From: Gemmatimonadota bacterium
Lineage (GTDB): Bacteria; Gemmatimonadota; Gemmatimonadetes; Gemmatimonadales; GWC2-71-9
Assembly: GCA_039586365.1 (NCBI GenBank)
Contig: JBDHKN010000030.1
Span: 1-63,273, forward strand
Length of the DNA: 63,273 bases
Direction of reading: 5' to 3'
The notes beneath the pieces were generated by a model, which saw nothing but the letters and a program-made list of their open reading frames with translations, searched no databases and was not told the DNA's origin. A program made the position numbers and the translations under genes. Positions 59,684-63,273 of the stretch are shown here, piece by piece. Numbering within the stretch: the first letter of the stretch is position 1; each line of letters starts with the position of its first letter.

Positions 59684-60850
59684 TCATTCGATATCCTCAC
59701 GAACGCGCAGCACCAGAGCCCAAGCGCCCAGCATGACGATGGCGGCTGTGACAAACGCAGCCTCCGGTGAGATTGCGTCGTACACCTCACCGAACACAAA
59801 CGGACCCGACATTCGACCCAGTGCGGACACGGCGTGCGCGGCTCCGAGCATCGCCCCCTGCTCTCTCACATCGGAAAGTGTCGAAATCATCCCCGTGAGA
59901 GCAGGGGCGGCAATGCCGTTTCCAAAAGCGATTACAACTCCCACACCGTACAGCATCACACCGCTTGCAAGGAATGGTGTTACCCCGAGCGGAATCGCCA
60001 GGCCGAGCATGCCTACAATGATCAGCGGGCGGTCGCCGACGAGCCTAGACAACTTCCCGAAGATGTAACCCTGCACCGACACGGCTACCACACCTATCAG
60101 GGTGAAATACTTGGCGAGCTCGCGCTCGGACCATCCGAACTCGGCTCCCGCGAAAAGCGGTAGTGCAACCATGAATCCTGAGAAGGCGAACGGAACCACA
60201 CCAAAGACAACAAAGAGTCGACCCAGCCTAGGGTCCCGCAGCCCTCGGACGATGGGCTCGACATCTAGCAGTGGGCGGCGAGTGCGATGCTCTTCGTGTA
60301 GAGATTCGCGCAGCAGAATCGAGGCTGACACGAAGTTGAGGGCACAGAGCCCGGCCGCAGCGAAGCCTGCAGCTGGAGGACCGCCGAAGTGGCTGGCTAC
60401 ACCACCCAAGGCTGGGCCCACAATGAATCCCAGGCCGAACGCTGCACCTATGAGTCCCATACCTCGTGACCGTTCGGTTGGGCTGGTGACATCGGCTATG
60501 TATGCCTGCGCCACCGAGACGTTGCCTGCCGCAAATCCTGCAACCATGCGCGCCAGGAATAACACCTCATAGGACCTGGCATAAGCGAAAGTCAGATAGC
60601 CAAGTGCGGCAACGAGGATCGTACTCAGCAGTATCGGGCGTCGCCCAGTCCGATCCGACAACCGACCCAGCACCATTGTTGAGATGAACTGCATGAGCGA
60701 GAACACCCCGATCAATGCCCCGAACCCCAACCCGCTCGCGCCAAAGCTCTGAGCGTAGTACGGTATCACAGGCAGGATGATTCCGAAGCCGGCGAGATCG
60801 ATGAAAACTGTGAGGAAGATGACTCCAAATCGGGACCGCCGACCAGACAT
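59684..60850 (-). CDS. MFS transporter (TetA/DHA1-like)
   Basis: D..GFGII.P, GRLSDRTGRRP motif A, AYIADVT...R.RGMG.IGAAFGLGF..GP motif C. Confidence 0.92.
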   Translation of the reverse strand: MSGRRSRFGVIFLTVFIDLAGFGIILPVIPYYAQSFGASGLGFGALIGVFSLMQFISTMVLGRLSDRTGRRPILLSTILVAALGYLTFAYARSYEVLFLARMVAGFAAGNVSVAQAYIADVTSPTERSRGMGLIGAAFGLGFIVGPALGGVASHFGGPPAAGFAAAGLCALNFVSASILLRESLHEEHRTRRPLLDVEPIVRGLRDPRLGRLFVVFGVVPFAFSGFMVALPLFAGAEFGWSERELAKYFTLIGVVAVSVQGYIFGKLSRLVGDRPLIIVGMLGLAIPLGVTPFLASGVMLYGVGVVIAFGNGIAAPALTGMISTLSDVREQGAMLGAAHAVSALGRMSGPFVFGEVYDAISPEAAFVTAAIVMLGAWALVLRVREDIE

Positions 60851-60994
60851 ATCGGAGCTGGCGACTAGCGCCCAACCGGTTCGATACAGGCAACAGCCGG
60901 AGTGTAGACCAACCTCCGGCTGCCACAATGAAGCTTCACCATAGTTGAGCGCTCAAGGACGTGCTGCTAGCAGGACGTGGATCAGCTTGCTGAG

Positions 60995-63273
60995 CTACCT
61001 CCTGCCCGCCTGTCCACCTCCCCCTCCTCCTGTCTGCTCGCGCTGCATGTCGAGCTCCGCGATGTTGGTATTCATGCGTTCGTCGCCGAGCAGATGCTTC
61101 ACGAAGTACTCCGCTCTGAGCCAGAACCAGTAGTCGGCCCCAGCTCTATAGCCGTGGCGTTCCCCCGGGAACACGAACATGTCGAACCGTTTGTTGGCCT
61201 TGATCAGCGCATCTGCCATCCGGAACGTACCCGCATGGTGGACGTTGTTATCCACGTCTCCCGTGGTGAGCAGCAGGTGCCCCTTCAGATTCCGCGCCAG
61301 GTCCGAATTCTTCTGAATGTCGTACTCGAAGGTCACCTTTGCTGAATCATCCACTATTTCTTTGACGCCATCGTGCTTCTCCGACCAGTTAAGGTTGTAG
61401 ACGTCGTTGTTGTGGTTGCCTGACGACGAGACTGCGACCTTGAAGAAGTCGGGATACACCAACATTGCGGCAGTGGACATGAACCCACCACCCGAATGCC
61501 CGTAGATCCCCACACGGTCGATGTCGATGAAGTCGTGGCGGTCTGCGAGTTGCTCGATGCCCGCCTTTTTGTCGGCCAGACCGTAGTCACGGAGGTTACC
61601 GTACCCATAGTTGTGGTACCACTTCGACCTCGCCGGGTGGCCGCCACGGTTGCCGATCGTGATGACGATCATTCCGAACTGAGCCAGCGCCACTTCGGTG
61701 GGGCTCGTGGAGAAAGACTTGGCCACCGACTCTGTCTGCGGTCCTGGGTACACGTAGGCGACGATGGGGTATTTCTTGTTGGGATCGAAGTCGAAAGGCT
61801 TGTACATCACGCCATAAATGTCCGTTACCCCATCGGCGGCCTCCACCTTGTACGGCTCCGGGAACTGGTACCCGGCTGCCATGAGTGCGGAGAAGTCCGC
61901 CTCCTCCAGATCCATGATCTTCCCGCCGGTGGAGTTGTAAAGCGCCGAGGCAGGCACTGTGTTCACACGGGAGTAATTGTCCACGAAGTATCGGTTCGAC
62001 TCGCTCATCACTGATCGGTGATCGAAGTCACCCGGATTCTCCAGGGTCAGGCCGCTTCCGTCCAGGTTCACTCTATACTGGTGAACGAAATAGGGGTCCT
62101 CTCCCGCCTCTCGAGCGTTGGCCGTGAAGAAGACGTACCCTCGAGTCTCGTCCACGCCTGTGATCCCCATGACGTGCCAGGGGCCTTCTGTAAGCCGAGC
62201 CTTGAGGTTGCCGTCGGCCCCGTGGCGGTAGAGATGAGCCCAGCCATCCCGTTCCGACCACCAGATCAGGTCCCCGTTCTCCATGCGGCGGGGGGACTGG
62301 TGCTCCACGTAGGTGTTCAAACGCTCCTCGACAACTGGCCTCACGTCGCCTGTGGCCGGGTTGGCGACCAGGAGGTCCACTCGGTGTTGGTCCCGGCTCC
62401 TGCGGTAGAAGTAGAGCTCATTGGAGCTGTCGGAGAGCCACTTGGTGATAGGCGGTTCGTCAGATGGAGCGCCGCCGCCCCGGCCCAAGCCGAACCCTCC
62501 TCCACGGCCGGTGGGATCGTTGAAGATCCCCATCCGCTGGTCTTTCCACGGGTCATCGTCGATCCGAGTCATCTCTCGACTCTGCATGTCGAAGACCAGA
62601 AGCTCCGTCTGGGTAACTTTCTCCTCTCCCGGCATATCGTACTTGTAGGTCTCTAGCTGGGGCCGCTTGTTGCCGACGGCGTGGACGACCCAGAGGTCGT
62701 TGACTTCACGTCGGTCTTGCCGGGTCATGGCGAAGTAGCGAGAGTCGTGAGACCAAGTGATCCCGGAACGCTGCCGCTTCTCCCAGTTCTTCTCGGTCTC
62801 CTCGTCGTTTTCGCCTCGCCCGTAGGACCCATAGCAGTAGTATTTCTCCCCGTCTGTAGTGAGTTGGGTCTCCTCCGCTTCGACTTTCATCTCCGCCGAG
62901 TCGGCCTGGGCACCAGACTTGCCACGGCGAGCATCAAGGAACTTCTGGTACTCGTCGTAGCTCATCATCCAGAGGTTGCACTCGCGGGTGAACACCACTA
63001 ACGCGGTGTCGGGAGATACGCCGGCCCAACCTGGATGACTATCGGGCGCCTCGTAGTCCTCCAGCTCCCTGAGGCTGCGAGTATCAACGTCGTACTCGAA
63101 GTGGTAGACCTTCTTGCGAGTGCGGGGACGGCCTGGTGGCCCGCGCCGCTCCTCCTGCTGCTCCTCTTCAACCTCCTCCTCTTCGATCTCTTCGTCCTCA
63201 GAGGACTGAACCTCGAACTGGAGCGTGTTGTCGTCGATGAACCTGATAGCTCGGATCCCGAGGTGTTGAGCGT
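60995..63273 (-). CDS. S9 family dipeptidyl peptidase IV-like protease (5' end outside the window)
   Basis: GHSGGG nucleophile, DNNVH, ERHGY catalytic His, DPP IV N-terminal propeller; the frame appears to continue to the window edge. Confidence 0.92.
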   Translation of the reverse strand, partial: AQHLGIRAIRFIDDNTLQFEVQSSEDEEIEEEEVEEEQQEERRGPPGRPRTRKKVYHFEYDVDTRSLRELEDYEAPDSHPGWAGVSPDTALVVFTRECNLWMMSYDEYQKFLDARRGKSGAQADSAEMKVEAEETQLTTDGEKYYCYGSYGRGENDEETEKNWEKRQRSGITWSHDSRYFAMTRQDRREVNDLWVVHAVGNKRPQLETYKYDMPGEEKVTQTELLVFDMQSREMTRIDDDPWKDQRMGIFNDPTGRGGGFGLGRGGGAPSDEPPITKWLSDSSNELYFYRRSRDQHRVDLLVANPATGDVRPVVEERLNTYVEHQSPRRMENGDLIWWSERDGWAHLYRHGADGNLKARLTEGPWHVMGITGVDETRGYVFFTANAREAGEDPYFVHQYRVNLDGSGLTLENPGDFDHRSVMSESNRYFVDNYSRVNTVPASALYNSTGGKIMDLEEADFSALMAAGYQFPEPYKVEAADGVTDIYGVMYKPFDFDPNKKYPIVAYVYPGPQTESVAKSFSTSPTEVALAQFGMIVITIGNRGGHPARSKWYHNYGYGNLRDYGLADKKAGIEQLADRHDFIDIDRVGIYGHSGGGFMSTAAMLVYPDFFKVAVSSSGNHNNDVYNLNWSEKHDGVKEIVDDSAKVTFEYDIQKNSDLARNLKGHLLLTTGDVDNNVHHAGTFRMADALIKANKRFDMFVFPGERHGYRAGADYWFWLRAEYFVKHLLGDERMNTNIAELDMQREQTGGGGGGQAGRR

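Noticed and set aside
1..63273. CRISPR array, rRNA, tRNA, integron integrase, prophage genes
   Set aside because: No regularly spaced direct repeats, cloverleaf, rRNA signature, tyrosine-recombinase ORF or phage structural gene was recognised by eye.

Overview
GC-rich bacterial genomic window. The gene content (BTAD-TolB-TPR regulator, PknB-like kinase, many secreted M14/M28/S9 peptidases) suggests Gemmatimonadota; this is an inference. The first ~9.5 kb is an eroded accessory region. It holds an apparently complete IS110/IS1111-type element (5..1557) inserted precisely into the core GTT of an attC-like integron site. The element's downstream non-coding region folds by eye into a bridge-RNA architecture whose guide segments match both the reconstructed attC target and the element's own circle junction. 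Next come a GNAT cassette-like gene, an intact attC-like site, a HicB/IS110 relic, a vapBC pair, gene fragments and a tandem HicB-like protein. The rest (~9.7-63 kb) is ordinary chromosomal content: peptidases, a secreted PPC-caspase, transporters, a diguanylate cyclase, a PurF lacking Cys1, topoisomerase IB, a sigma54 two-component/outer-membrane module, amrS, ppk2, a HerA-like ATPase, dodecin and mscL. Two genes are disrupted. No rRNA, tRNA, CRISPR array or integron integrase was recognised. All family calls come from motif recognition, not database searches.
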